Part shown: in pieces, positions 28,651 to 41,249 of the stretch | How positions within the stretch are numbered: position 1 is the first letter of the stretch | How the letters are laid out: each line of letters starts with the position of its first letter | Source of the DNA: Leucoraja ocellata | Taxonomy: Eukaryota | NCBI GenBank assembly: GCA_036785375.1 | Contig: JAWMAR010000167.1 | Location: 4,650,001-4,714,000, forward strand | Direction of reading: 5' to 3' | Length of the DNA: 64,000 nt | Notes under the pieces: generated by a model | Databases searched by the model: none | The model's input: only the letters and a program-made list of their open reading frames with translations | What the model was told of the DNA's origin: nothing | Program-made: the position numbers and the translations under genes

Positions 28651-29259
28651 CATAAATGTTTTAACTGATTGAAAGGTAGAGCATTTAAACACAGCATTCG
28701 GCCCACCGAGCCCATTCCAACCGTCGATCACCCGACCATCGTACTAGTTCTATGTTATCTTACTTTCTCATCCACTCGCTGCATACCAGGGGCAATTTAA
28801 AGGCCGGTAAGAAAAGGCCGACTCAGAGCTGCATGCCCCGGAGTGTTCCGATACGTCCCGACGCCGGAGTTTCCATCATCCCGACGCTTTGGACATCGGA
28901 CCGTTGGCAGCGGTGACTACTGAGGGATCAAAGGCTTTGACCACCACGGGTGAACAAAGATGACTGAACTTTAGTGCCTTCCATCACATGTGGATTCCAC
29001 TGTGGTAGATGTCTATGTTACATTGTGGTAAATGATATTGTTGCTTTTCACTAGGCATGGGCTGTATGGCAACTCAAATTTCACTGCACCTTAGTTGGTT
29101 TAGTGACAATAAATGCGAACTTGAACTTGAGAGAGAATGCAGGTGTTGGAAACTAACTGCTGGAGGATCTCAGCAGCCAAACAGCATGTGTGGAGGCAGA
29201 GGGAACAGTCATCATTTCAGGTCAGGACCCTGCATCAGGCCTGCCTATCCCTCTGCCTC

Positions 29260-29488
29260 AAATTGACAAAAGGTGCTGGAGTAACTCAGCCTCACTGGAG
29301 AAAAAGGATGGGTGATGTATCAGGTCGTGACCCTTCCTCAGACTCTTAGTAGCCTGAGGAAGAGTCCCGACCTGAAATGACACCCATCCGATTTCTCCAG
29401 AGATGCTGCCTGACCTGCTGAGTTACTCCATCGCTTTGTGACTATCTTTGGTATAAACCAGCACCTGCAGTTCTTCATTTTCTCTTTG
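29260..29488. mobile_element. Fold-back pLTR unit with 12-bp TSD, nested in an older fold-back
   Basis: tccctctgcctc at 29248-59 and 29489-500; two inverted arms. Confidence 0.7.
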
Positions 29489-29972
29489 TCCCTCTGCCTC
29501 TACAGATGCTGCTTGACCCGTTGAGTTCCCCCAGCAGTTTGCCTTTTACTCCCTCAATGAGTCACCAGGGGAACAATTTGTTCCACTTGGCAGAAATGCC
29601 GGTGCAACAACTGGGATTGAACAGTGGCCACAAGGTTACTCATTCAACAAGCAAAAGATACCATGCAATTTATAACAGCTGTAGAGAGATGATCCAACAA
29701 AGCCAATGTGGGGTGTGCAAAAGCAAAGAATGTTCAATTTATGAATTGATCAAGAGTGCAACAAATATATTCCACGATGTTTCCTGTGACTGACTGTAAA
29801 ATAACTGTTTTTGCAAATCACATTCCTGGCTGTCATTTCATCAGAAGGCCAGTCCATAAAATATGACCAAATTAAATTAACTTGTTTTCCATTGCTGAGA
29901 GGATGGGACAGACACGACTGTGAACCAGGCGGGACTGCTGGAGGTGGGATAATGAGCAAGCAACATTCTCAC

Positions 29973-30143
29973 CTTCCGCATCTCCAGGGGTTTGGTGAAC
30001 TTCTGCCAGGATGATGAGAAGAAAATGATGGCCAGGTAAAGGCAAGCCAGTGGCATGGACGGTAAATTCAGGACCCGAATTAAGAAGCTCCCTCTGGTGG
30101 TCGGCTCCGGACTAACAGTCTGCATATTCTCCATGGCAAGATA
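29973..30143 (-). CDS. ELOVL-like elongase, N-terminal coding exon (YLA-MENMQ...PLACLYLAIIFFSSSWQKFTKPLEMRK)
   Basis: Acceptor tttcag|TAT at 30144/30143, strong Kozak gccATGG at 30134, donor AAG|gtgaga at 29973/29972. Phase 0 joins in frame to 21140. Encodes the TM1 'YL..' segment and the 'KP..(L/M)R' motif typical of ELOVL N-termini; 238 aa in total from ATG 30134. Confidence 0.88.
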
Positions 30144-30309
30144 CTGAAAATCAAATGCAAACAATGAGCATCAGAGACATAAAAACACATAAGCAGACCC
30201 TTCGGCCAACCAGGTGGATGCTGACAATTTACATTCATCCCATAAAAATCACTTTGTGGCTCAAACCTATGTCTCTTTCAATGAAGACGAACACAAAATG
30301 CTAGATTTA

Positions 30310-30531
30310 AGGGCCTGTTTCACTTTACGAGTCACTATTTTCTTACTCGTGGACATTTTTCAACAGGATGAAAAAACTTACCTGATGCCCCGAGTACCTA
30401 CCGCTAGTGTAACGAGCCACTACGATATATCTACGAACTCTTACGGACCCATTACAAACATTCTCCGAGTTTGAATCAAGGGGAAAACTCGGGAGAATTC
30501 GTCAGCAGATCGGGAAAGTGGCACAGGCCCT
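30310..30531. mobile_element. PIF/Harbinger-type MITE, subfamily B
   Basis: TIRs agggcctgtttcacttt / aaagtggcacaggccct with TWA flanks; internal sequence shared in inverted orientation with 59837-60040. Confidence 0.75.
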
Positions 30532-30575
30532 TAACTCAGCGTGACCAGCAGCATCTCTGGAGAGAAGGAATGGGT

Positions 30576-30603
30576 GACGTTTCGGGTCTAGACCCTTCGT
30601 CAG
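30576..30603 (-). ncRNA. Minimal hammerhead ribozyme core within a Penelope pLTR fragment
   Basis: Minus strand reads CTGACGA-agggtc-ta-gaccc-GAAACGTC: intact CUGANGA and GAAA boxes, 5-bp stem II, palindromic ACGT stem III and a GUC cleavage triplet. Confidence 0.6.
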
Positions 30604-31340
30604 AATCTTCCCAGTAATACGGCCAGACCTACTGAGTTTTTCCTATATGTTGAAACATAGAACTGCAGATGTTAGTTTACGCAAAAGGACACAAAGTGCT
30701 GGAGTAATTCAGTGGGTCAAGCATCATCTCTGGATAACATGATTAGGTGACATATTGGGTTGGGATCCTTCTGTAGACTGATTGCATTTACAATGCTTTA
30801 TTTTTGTTTTAATTCCATCCTCACCCACCTTCCCATCAATCTCCAAATTCTACCACCTATATTTTCACTGGTCTACCAACCTACCAATCCGCAAGTCTTT
30901 GGGATGTGGGAGAAAATGGAGCTCCCTGAGTAAACCCACACAATGTCTCCACCCGAAACGTTACCTATTCCTTTTCTCCAGAGATGCTGCCTGTCCCGTT
31001 GAGTTACTCCAGCTCTTCGTGTCTTTCTTCGATTTAAATCGGCATCTGCGGTTCCTTCCTGCACCATCAGATCCTGCACCTAAATCCTAATCTTCTACAC
31101 AGCCCCACCTGATCGCACAGCAACACTGCGGATAGGGTTACAGTATTCAGTTTGCTGTTTATTAAGACACCAAACATGACGTTGCAGGATTCATCTTGTA
31201 CCTTCGTGAATTAATTGGACCCAATTATAGTTCCTTATTCGAGAACTGGCTGTAGATTAGAGGTGAATTAGAGTGAGTTGTCAGAATTTACAATCAAACA
31301 GCAGGCCTTTCTCAAAGAGAAAGCTTAAATTCCTCCTTCT

Positions 31341-31623
31341 TTAGTTTAGTTGAGGCCCTTCGGCCCACCGAGTCTGTGCGCACCAGCGATCACCCCGTAC
31401 ACTCGCACTATCCGACATACTGGAACAATTGTACAATCTTTACTGAAGCCAATTAACCTACAAAACTCTACGTCTTTGGAGTCTGTGAAGGAACTGAAGA
31501 TCTCGGTGAAAACCCACGTGGCCCCAAGGAGAACGTCCAAACTCCGCACAGACAGCACCCGTGGCCAGGATCAAGCGCGGGTCTCTGGTGCTGTTCGACA
31601 GCAACTCTACTGCTGCACCACGA
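31341..31623 (-). mobile_element. HE1-type SINE
   Basis: Near full-length family match. Confidence 0.85.
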
Positions 31624-32531
31624 TTTTCTTCACAATTATATATTTTTTGATCCCTTCTTTCTAGTTACCTTGTGCTTTATATGATAAGTTGCATAAGTCC
31701 CCAAGTCTGAAAGCACCTCCTTAAAGTCCTTTGGTCAAATCTGTGGAGAAAGAGGAGCACAAGGTAAGGCCACAACAGTAACTGTGTTTCATTAAGCTGC
31801 ATTTTCAAATGAAAAAATGTAAATTCAATTGCCGAAAACCTCGCGGTTGCTTCTGAAAAACTACCGAGGTTCATGAAAGCCTTTGCTTGCATGGTGTCTA
31901 GTCAAAGAAAAATCTATACATGATTACAATACATGTAAACTAGACTGTACATGATTGCCTGATTGGAGAGGGGAGAAGAGAGGGTGACAGAGGTGAGACT
32001 GGTCCTTGATTACATTACTGGCTTTGTCGAGGCAGTGTGAAGTCTATGTAGATGGACTCTATGAAAGGGAGGACGGTGTGGACTATATCCACAACTCTCT
32101 GCAATAGTTTTTGCAGTCTTGGATGTCGCTGTCCCCAAACCATGCTGTGATGCATCCCAATAAAAAATGCTTTCACCCGCATATCTGCAGAAGTTGGTGA
32201 GGGTTGTTGGGGACATGTCGAACATCCCAAGCTTTGAGGAACTAGAGGCGTTTCTTTGCCATAACTTTGATGTGACTGGTCAACAACAAATTGCTGGTAA
32301 TAGTTATGAAGAACTTGAAGCTTTCGACCACCTCTATTTCAGCACCATCTGTGTACACTGGGGTGTGTGTACCACTTGGCTTCCCGAAGGAGGAGAGCTG
32401 TGGACCCCCAGCAGGACCATAAACAAGACTTGTCAAAGGGCGGGATGAGCTTCTAGCGAGCCAACGGCCATCCACACTTCAGTAGAAGTTGCGATCACTG
32501 TCGTACACGGCATTGTATGGAACGATGATAA

Positions 32532-32533
<2 letters not shown>

Positions 32534-32566
<33 letters not shown>
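32534..32566 (+). repeat. (CA)n microsatellite
   Basis: Perfect CA run. Confidence 0.95.
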
Positions 32567-32567
<1 letters not shown>

Positions 32568-33876
32568 AACATCCGATACTTCCAGCGGCAGAAGTCTGCA
32601 GGAACTGGAGGACAGAGATGTGTGGTGCGTCCGTCACCGTTCCCGTTGGAAACCAACACCACTGCGTCGCTAATGCTTTCAACGATGATGAATGAATGGC
32701 GAATGAATGGGTATCTTAAGTTTGCCCGTAAATCCTGTAAGTTTCAAAGGAGGAAAGGATAAGGGTGAGCTGCAAGGATGTGGGGCTCTGTCAATTTGAA
32801 GGCGTAAGGGAAACACCATCTTGTGAGTCAAATGCCAAACCATTGGAATTCCCAAATTATCAGATATTATTGTTTAGTTTGGTTTATTGTCACGTGTACT
32901 GAGGTGTCGTGAAAAGCCTTTGCAACAAAATAATTTGGTAATATACTGCAAATTAATTTTAAGTTCATGAATATTTTCCATGCAAGTGCTATTTCTTTCC
33001 TTCCCATCAACTCAGCCCAGAATGCCAACATGGACAGCATGGACATGTTGGGCCGAAGGGCGTGTTTCCATGCTGTGTGACTTAATGATTAAGTCCTCCC
33101 ATCTCATGCCAGGTTAAAAAGGTTAGTTAAAAAGTATAACACCAGTTAGCCTTGGCACACATTACCAAGTCTTGTCTTTCCTGAGTATTTTATGCTATGC
33201 TGGGGCAGACACTAAGCCTCCTGTGTCTCACTGAGCATTAGGTCTGAATATACGGCAGGACTGGGTTATTGTGTTTTTGAAATAAGGCAATGCACTGTAA
33301 CCATTTCCAATTACCAGGGCATTACTAATGGATTGGGTTTAGCTAACAAGTTTTCTGTTTGAGAATAATACTTGGTCGGCTAAGTACATAAAATACCAGT
33401 AAAATACACAGCGGTTGTGTGATTTAATTTCAGTTTTAGACATGCACAGATGTAAGAATTATTGGAAGATAATTAAGCTCACTGGACTGGCACATTATAA
33501 TGGCTCTTCAAAGATTTTTCCAGAGGCTGCCGTGCATTGCCTTTTATTACAGTCATAGGTTGCGCGATTTTCGATGAGGCTGATAATAAGATGCCAGTGA
33601 AAGTCCTTGCATCACATAAGTCTCAAATAAAAAAGTATGCAAGATCGTTTATTAAGAGCATAACAAATAGAGGAGGCCACTCAGCCCCTCATGCCTGTTC
33701 CTACATTGACAAGATAATGCTGATCTTTTAGTTCAGCACCATGTTCCTGCACTAACCACACATTCTTGAAATTCCCTTAATCCCAATCTCTGTCCCAAGT
33801 ATATTACGAGAGGCTGAGCCTGCATTGCCCTGATGGCCATAGAACATCAGACCTACAACCTTCCAGCAGAACAAGG

Positions 33877-34167
33877 GGCATCACAGTGCTGCCACGATAG
33901 TCACTGCCTTACAGCACCAGCGACCCAGGTTTGATCCCGACTACAGCTGCTATGTATACAGAGTTTGTACTTTCTCCCTATGACCGCGTGGGTTTTCTCT
34001 GGGTGCTCTGGTTTGCTCCCACACTCCAAAGACGTACAGATTTGTAGGTTAATTGGCTCCCAGAACCTGTAAATTGACCCGAGTGTGTACGATAGTGCTA
34101 ATGAGGTGATCACTGGTCAGCAGACTCGGTGGGCCGAAGGGACAGTTTCCACGTTGTATCTCTAAAG
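33877..34167 (+). mobile_element. HE1-type SINE
   Basis: Family head, core and tail. Confidence 0.8.
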
Positions 34168-34789
34168 TCTCAACAAGTTACTTCTCACTTCCATGCTCTA
34201 TAGCTGCCCCTTATTCTGAGTGAGTGAGAGTCACACAGAGACAGGCCCTTCGACACAATTCGTCCATACCGACAAAGATGCCTCGTCCCGAGGTTTACGA
34301 TTGACCCTTGGTTCTAGACACCGCAGCCAAGTAAAACATAATCCCTGCATCTACCCTGCAAGCCATGATCACATTGAATGGTGGTGCTGGCTCGAAGGGC
34401 TGAGTGGCCTTCTCACTCTGTGGGACTTAGAGCAAGACGTATCGACTCTTGTAGTCAAACCCTTTTGTAGTGGAGGCCAAAACACCAATTGTCTTATTAA
34501 TAACTTGGTGAATCTTCAGAGATTTATGAAATGCACCCATTACCCTCAGAACACTGCACTTTTCAACACTTCACCATCTAAGATGCACTGGTTTAGGCTT
34601 TTCTCCCCGCTTATATCAAGCTTATCTTTAATCAAAACATACCCAAGGGAAGTCAAAATCTTTAAAACCGTTACCGAAGGATATTTGGAATCCAAAAAAG
34701 AATGTTGTTTCCTCTGTAGTTGCAGCATTTGGATTTGGAGCCCCCTGTCCATCATTGACTGAACTCATCATCTTAATTTCAGCTTTGTG

Positions 34790-35097
34790 TCCGAAGGAAC
34801 TGCAGATGCTGGTTTAGACACAAAATGCTGGAGTAACTCCGCGGGACAGGCAGCATCTCTGGAAAGAAAGAATGGGTGACTTTTCGGGTTGAGACCGTTC
34901 CTCAGACTTATGACAGGCGAGAGGGAGATACAAAGATAAGGAAGTGTAAGGTGTGAAAATAGAACAAAGGGAATGTGGTCTCGACCCGAAATGTCACCCA
35001 TTCCTTCTCTCCAGAGATGCTGCCTGGTCCGCTGAGTTACTCCAACATTTTGTATCTATCTTTGGTTTAAACCAGCATCTGCAGTTCCTTCTTACAC
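34790..35097. mobile_element. Fold-back (inverted) Penelope pLTR unit
   Basis: The arms 34795-34890 and 34978-35092 are reverse complements. Confidence 0.7.
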
Positions 35098-36917
35098 AAC
35101 TCCAGCGAATAGATGACTAAGTGTTACAATCACTGGTTTGGACCATCAGTTAGTGCAGCCACATTGTAACCAATTTAACCCTGTTGAACTCTTGTTATTC
35201 AATTATATACCTACCAGGCTCACAACTGACATCTTGTGGCCACTTCTTCACACATTTATTTTATTACCTGTTCCTGCAAATGATTTAAGACAAATCTGTA
35301 AACAGTCCTCAAGTCTCGGGTTTAGAAGAATGAGAGGCAATTTCATCGAAATGTATACAAATCTAACAGAGCTTGAAAGGAGAATTATTAAGCTGGCTGA
35401 AGGGATCACAGTCCAAGATCAGTTCGGCCATTCAGGACCAAGAAAGATATGCTTCTTTAGATGGAGGGCTTTGTAATTCATATCTATGCAAAATGGAATG
35501 AAGGCTCGGGTCCTAAGTGTATCAAAGACAGCTAGTAGAGCTGCTGCCTCACAGCTTCGACTCAGGTTCGATCCTGACCTCTGGTGCAGTTTGTGTGGAG
35601 TTTGATACGTGACTGTGTGGGTTTCCTCAGGGTGCTCCGATTTCATAAGTCCTAGCAGCAGGATAAGGCCATTCGGCCCATCGAGTCTACTACGTCCGAC
35701 ATTCAATCATGGCTAATCTATCTATCCTCCCACATTCCAAAGACATGTGGGTTTGTAGGTTAATTGGCCTCGGTAAATTACCCCCAGTACGTAGGGAGCA
35801 GATGAAAAAGTGGGAAAACATAATATTGGTATAAACAGGTGAGCGATGGTCGGTGTGCACTCATTGGGCCGAAGGGTCTGTTTCCATGCTGTATCATTCA
35901 ATACATCAATATTAAGGGAATTAAGAACTATGAGATTAGTGCATGAAAGTAAAAGCTCAGCCTTAACTGTACAGAGTAGTGCAGAGAGATGTGGGCTAAA
36001 TGGCCTACTGCTTCTGCTTTCTAGCTACTAAACAGCAATTTTATGCCTCTCTGTACTTGGAAACCATTTTTAGCATTCCTTCCATGTTTATCTTTTGTGG
36101 ATTGTTAGAAATGCATTCCTATTTCAGAAAAATATGTAAGACTGTGGCATTTTCAGATAAGCTAACTACAACAATCCACTGTGTAAATATCTGCTTATCA
36201 GCTACAGTTGATATCTATTTAACTAAATGCAGTTCAAGTTGTTCTTTTGACCTCAAAACCAAAAAAAAATGCATTCACTTCTTGGGTCTTTTGACTGTAA
36301 TGTCCTTCAAGACTGGATCCACTTCTTGAAATACTTTTATCTTTCCCTTACAGTCACTGCATTGAACACCCTGCCTCTTCTTCCATGGAGGTGGCCAGGG
36401 AGATTCCCGCAGGTCACAGAGAAAAGCCACAGAACACTGACAAGCAAGCAGCACGAAAAATAGAGCTGGTATTTCAGAGATCCACTGACATAATCATTAA
36501 CTGACTGGTTCCAATATTTAGCAAGTGGAAGGTTAACTTGACATTGCAAACTACGGACCTTGTGAAATGCACACTGTGAACTCTCAATGTTGGTGAACAA
36601 CAATGATAGAAGAGGGATTATAAAGGAACCTGCTCCCAGAGATCCGCCATGGATTCCCATTAAAAATATGTAAAACTGTGGCACTCCAGATCACCCAACT
36701 GTGTACACATCTGCTTGTCTGCTGTGGTTGACATCTGTTGACTTAAAGCCGCTCAAAATGCCTCCCAGATGCAGATGCAAGGAACTGCAGATGTTGGAAT
36801 CTTAAGCAAGACGCAAAGTGCTGGAGGAACTGAGATGAGCCTCAGAATTAAAGGGCGGTCTTTTAAAAAGGAGGTGAAGAGGAACCTCTTTAGTCAGAGA
36901 GTAGCTAATCTGTGGAA

Positions 36918-37110
36918 GGTAGGCAAAATTGCTGGAGAAACGCAGCGGGTACGGCAGCTTCTGTGGAGCTAAGGAAATAGGCAACGTTTTGGGCCGAAAC
37001 CCTTCTTCAGACCTATTTCCTTCGCTCCATAGATGCTGCCGTACCCACTGAGTTTCTCCAGCAATTTTGTCTACCTTCAATTTTCCAGCATCTGCAGTTC
37101 CTTCTTGAAC
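36918..37110. mobile_element. Fold-back pLTR unit inserted into a CR1 3' end, 15-bp TSD
   Basis: ag(c/t)taatctgtggaa at 36903-17 and 37111-25; inverted arms; core at 36983-37010. Confidence 0.75.
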
Positions 37111-37965
37111 AGTTAATCTGTGGAACTCATTGTCACAGAGGGCTGCGGAGGCCAAGGCAGTGGATATTTTTAAGGCAGATAGATCGATTCTTGATTAGAA
37201 TGGATGTCAAGGGTTATGGGGAGAAGGCAGGAAAATGAGATCAGGAGGCAGAGATCAGCCATGATTGAATCGCGGAGTGGACTCAATGGGTCGGATGGTC
37301 TAATTCTACTCCTATAACGTGAACTCAGTGGGTCAGGCAACATCTGCGGAGGGAATGGACAGATGACATTTCAGGTCGGGATTCTTCTTTCAAAGAAGAG
37401 TCGCAACCGAAATGCCCATTTCCCCCACAGATGTTGGTTGACCCTCTTGAGTTCCACCAGCATTGTGTTTTGTTCAACAGACACCTTGTTTAAGAGGAAC
37501 AATGAGTGGCATTGATGAATTGTCAGAGAATGTATTGAAGGAGTAGGCCATTCGGCTTGAAGGCCTATTGTCTATTGCCCATTGAATTGATGGTGCAATG
37601 AACACACAGAGAAATAATTGAATGGATTGTAATTACGTATAAATTATGAATAAAATATTTGAAATTTAAAATAAATTGCTGATGACAGAACAATATTTCA
37701 GTGAGGACTAACAATTAATTCCATGGACATAGACACACAGATCTTCAATCTGACAACATTATCTCCTTTGTTTCCACTTTGTCAAAGATATTGATAATTC
37801 AATAATGTAAAACATGCAGCAAAATTGATTAATTGGGTTTACTTTCCCTTTCAGGCTGATGATTGCTCCTCAAAACGGAGAAATATTCAACACAAGCAAG
37901 AAAGTTGGGAGGGGAGGGGAGACAGGATAGGGCTATGATGGAGTAGATAATTCAAGAGGAGAAGG

Positions 37966-38297
37966 TTCAAGTTCAAGAGTTTATTGTCATGTGTCCCTGA
38001 TAGGACAATGAAATTCTTGCTTTGCTTCAGCACACAGGACATAGTAGGCATTGACTACAAAACACATGAATAAATAAATTGATAAAGTGCAAATAACAGA
38101 TAATGGGTTATTAATTTTCAGAGTTCTGTCCGAGCCAGGTTTAATAGCCTGATGGCTGTGGGGAAGTAGCTATTCCTGAACCTGGTCGTTGCAGTCTTCA
38201 GGCTCCTGTACCTTCTACCTGAAGGTAGCAGGGAGATGAGTGTGTGGCCAGGATGGTGTGGGTCTTTGATGATACTGCCAGCCTTTTTGAGGCAGCA
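37966..38297 (-). mobile_element. Rex1-type LINE 3' end
   Basis: (ttcaag)n tail on the + strand; same 3' UTR as 61441-62100. Confidence 0.7.
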
Positions 38298-38790
38298 GCG
38301 ACTTTGACTTTAGGTTCAGCAAAGAGAAAGTTTCCTGGAACAAAAAACCTTTGCAATGAGTGTCATGGTGGCACAGAGGTACAATCACGTGCTGCGCATT
38401 ACGCGCGCATGGTGACATAAGACTGTGAGGCGCAGTTGTGCGTGGCGCCCCAGGATTTTGGGATGTACAAAATCTTCGAGCACCATCTACGTGATGCGCA
38501 AATGGCGCCCAAGTGGGACAGGCCCTTTAATGTTTAAAGTCAAAGGCTCTTCATCAAATCTCATAAACCTTCTGATTCTCATTCATTTCATGAATGCTGT
38601 TATATGTCACGCTCTATCACCAAATACCTTATTTAAAACCCCAATGGGAACAGACCAGATAATTGAAGTGGGGAGAGGATTCAGAAATCGAATGTGCAAT
38701 GGGACTTGTGAGTTCTGGTGCGTGATTCCAGAACGGTTAATTTGAAGGTTGAGTCGGTTGTAAGGGACGAAAATGCAATGTTAGCATATA

Positions 38791-39098
38791 GTTTTAGTTT
38801 AGTTTAGTTTATAGATACAGCATGGAACCAGGCCCTTTGGCACGCTGCGTCTGCACCGACCATTGATCCCCGCACATTAACACCATCCTACACACACACA
38901 CTAGGGACAATTTACATTTATACCAAGCCAATTAACCTATAAACCTGCACGTGTGGGAGGAAACGGAAGATCTCGGAGAAAACTCATGCAGGTCACGGGG
39001 AGAACGTACAAACTCCGTACAGACAGCACCCGTGGTCGGGATTGAACACGGGTCTCCGGCGCCGCAAGACGGCAACTCTACCTCTGCGCCATCGTGCC
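38791..39098 (-). mobile_element. HE1-type SINE
   Basis: Family head, core and (tttag)n tail on the + strand. Confidence 0.85.
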
Positions 39099-39124
39099 AT
39101 TTATTTTGCGATGAGTGGAACATA

Positions 39125-39685
39125 ACAATAAGGATGTCATGCTAAGCTTTATAAGGTGCTGGTCAGGCCACAATTAGAATATTGTGAGCAGCTTTGGGCC
39201 CCATATCTGATGTAGGATATGCTGGTGTTGGAGAGGATTCAGAGGAAGTCATGAGAATGATCCCAGATATGATTGGGTTTATATATAGGAGCGTTTGATG
39301 GCACCTGCTGGAGTTTTGATGGATGAGAAGTGGCAGCATAACAGAGCAACATGAGTTTAGAACGACGAGGGGCCCTGATTGGAACTTACAGGCCGAGATA
39401 GAATGGAGTCCGGGACCAGAGGAAACTGCCTCAAAATAAATGGACATACCTTTTGAATGATGATGAGGAACAATTTCTTCAGCCACAGGGTAGTGAATCT
39501 GTGGAATTAATTGCCACAGGCGGCCGTGGAGGTCAAGTCACTGGGTATTTTAAAAATGGAGATTGATAGGTACTTGATTAATAAAGGTATAGAAGATTAT
39601 GGAGGAAAGGCAAGAGGGAAAAATAAATCAACCATCATCAAATGGCAAGGCCGACTCGATGGGCTGAATGGCCTGATTCTGCTCG
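39125..39685 (+). mobile_element. CR1 LINE 3' fragment, degraded
   Basis: LYKVLVRPQLEYC-like start; RVVNLWN and AVEVKSL motifs. Confidence 0.75.
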
Positions 39686-40583
39686 GGGGGGGGGGGGGGT
39701 GGATAATGGGGTGGAGACTGAGAAGGATCAGCTAAGAATGACGCTGAAGAAAGTATCTTCAGTTTACACATGCCCACCAACGCTCATATTCCACTTCACT
39801 CGTACCAGGTTCATGAAAGTGAACAGCACTGGGTGGCTAGTCTCGATGAGGAAGTCTATTATCTTGTAGCACTGTGCTCCTGAATTCCTCGAGTGCTGAT
39901 GAAGAGAGACCCAACAAATGATGCATTGAAAAAATGCAAACTGCCTGTTCCTGGCACATTTAATTATGCGAGTGCTTCACATCTCATTTCCCCATGAAAT
40001 CACTCCAGAGTTATCTTTAATCCATTAACACGCAAGTCAAACATGTACAGGCTCGTTTCTATTTAGAAATGACATTTGGACCTTGATCCTCACATCCATC
40101 ATACCTTGTTCTACAAAATGAACTAACCATTTTCCTGCTGATTTTACTCTTAAGTGGCTACAGTTTTAACAATCTAGTCAAGGCCCCAAGATCATATCTT
40201 TATTTATAAATTATTCTGCTTTTGATGGACACTATTGTATACTCACAAATTTGGCAGTGGTGGTTTCCAAATTATTATATCCATAAGATCATGTGATAGG
40301 AATAGAATGAGGCCATTCAGCCCATCAAGTCTACTCTGTCAAGACACACAGGTCAAATATTATTTTTTATTAACGAGTGAGCCCACTGCCAATCAAAATT
40401 AAATGTGAAATATTTTGCTACATACACAGTGATTAGGAACATAATTCTCTTGGCTCAGACTGAAGACATAAAGTACAAGCTGTTTAATTAAGAACCCAAG
40501 CCCAAAGTCACCCACTAATGCAGTCCAAATGCATTGAAGGAAGAACGTGGAGATGTCTAAATGTTTGATGCATTTTTCTCTCA

Positions 40584-40886
40584 GTGGCACAGCGATAGAC
40601 TTGCTGCCTTACAGCGCCAGAAACATGGGTTCGAACCCGACTACGGATGCTGTTTGTGCAGAGTTTGTGCATTCTCCCCATAACCGCGTGGGTTTCTTTC
40701 AGGATGCTCTGGTTTCCTCCCACACTCCAAAGTCGTACAGGTTTGTGGGTTAATTGGCTTTGGTAAAAATTGTAAATTGTCCCTAGTGTGTAGGATATTG
40801 CTAGTGAATGGGGATCACCAGTCGGTGCAGACTCGGTGGGCCAATGGGCCTATTTCTGTGCTGCATCTCTAAACTAAACAAAACTA
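40584..40886 (+). mobile_element. HE1-type SINE
   Basis: Family head, core and tail. Confidence 0.85.
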
Positions 40887-40961
40887 ATCAATTTTTAACC
40901 ATGAAATAAGATAAAGCAATGACATTTGTGTTTGAACGATTAGAAATTATCTATATACAAG

Positions 40962-41249
40962 GTCATGTGATAGAATCAGCAGAATTAGGCCATTCGGCCA
41001 ATCAAATCTACTCCGCAATTCAATTATGGCTGATCTATCTCTCTCTCTGTGAACCGCATTCTCCTGCCTTCTCCCCATAACCCCCGACACCAGTTCTAAA
41101 CAAGAATCTATCTATCTCTGCCTTAAAAATATCTATTGACTTGGCCTCCACAGCCTTCAGTGGCAAAGAATTCCACAGATTCACCACCCTCTGACAAAAT
41201 AAATGCCTCCTCATTTCCTTCGTAAATGAACATCCTTTAATCCTGAGGC
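40962..41249 (-). mobile_element. CR1 LINE 3' end
   Basis: LRIKGCSFTKEMRRHLFCQRVVNLWNSLP. Confidence 0.85.

Noticed and set aside
34220-34762. Longest ORF in the track (180 aa)
   Set aside because: It runs across CR1 tail fragments and unique sequence, starts at a non-ATG codon and has no recognisable domain.
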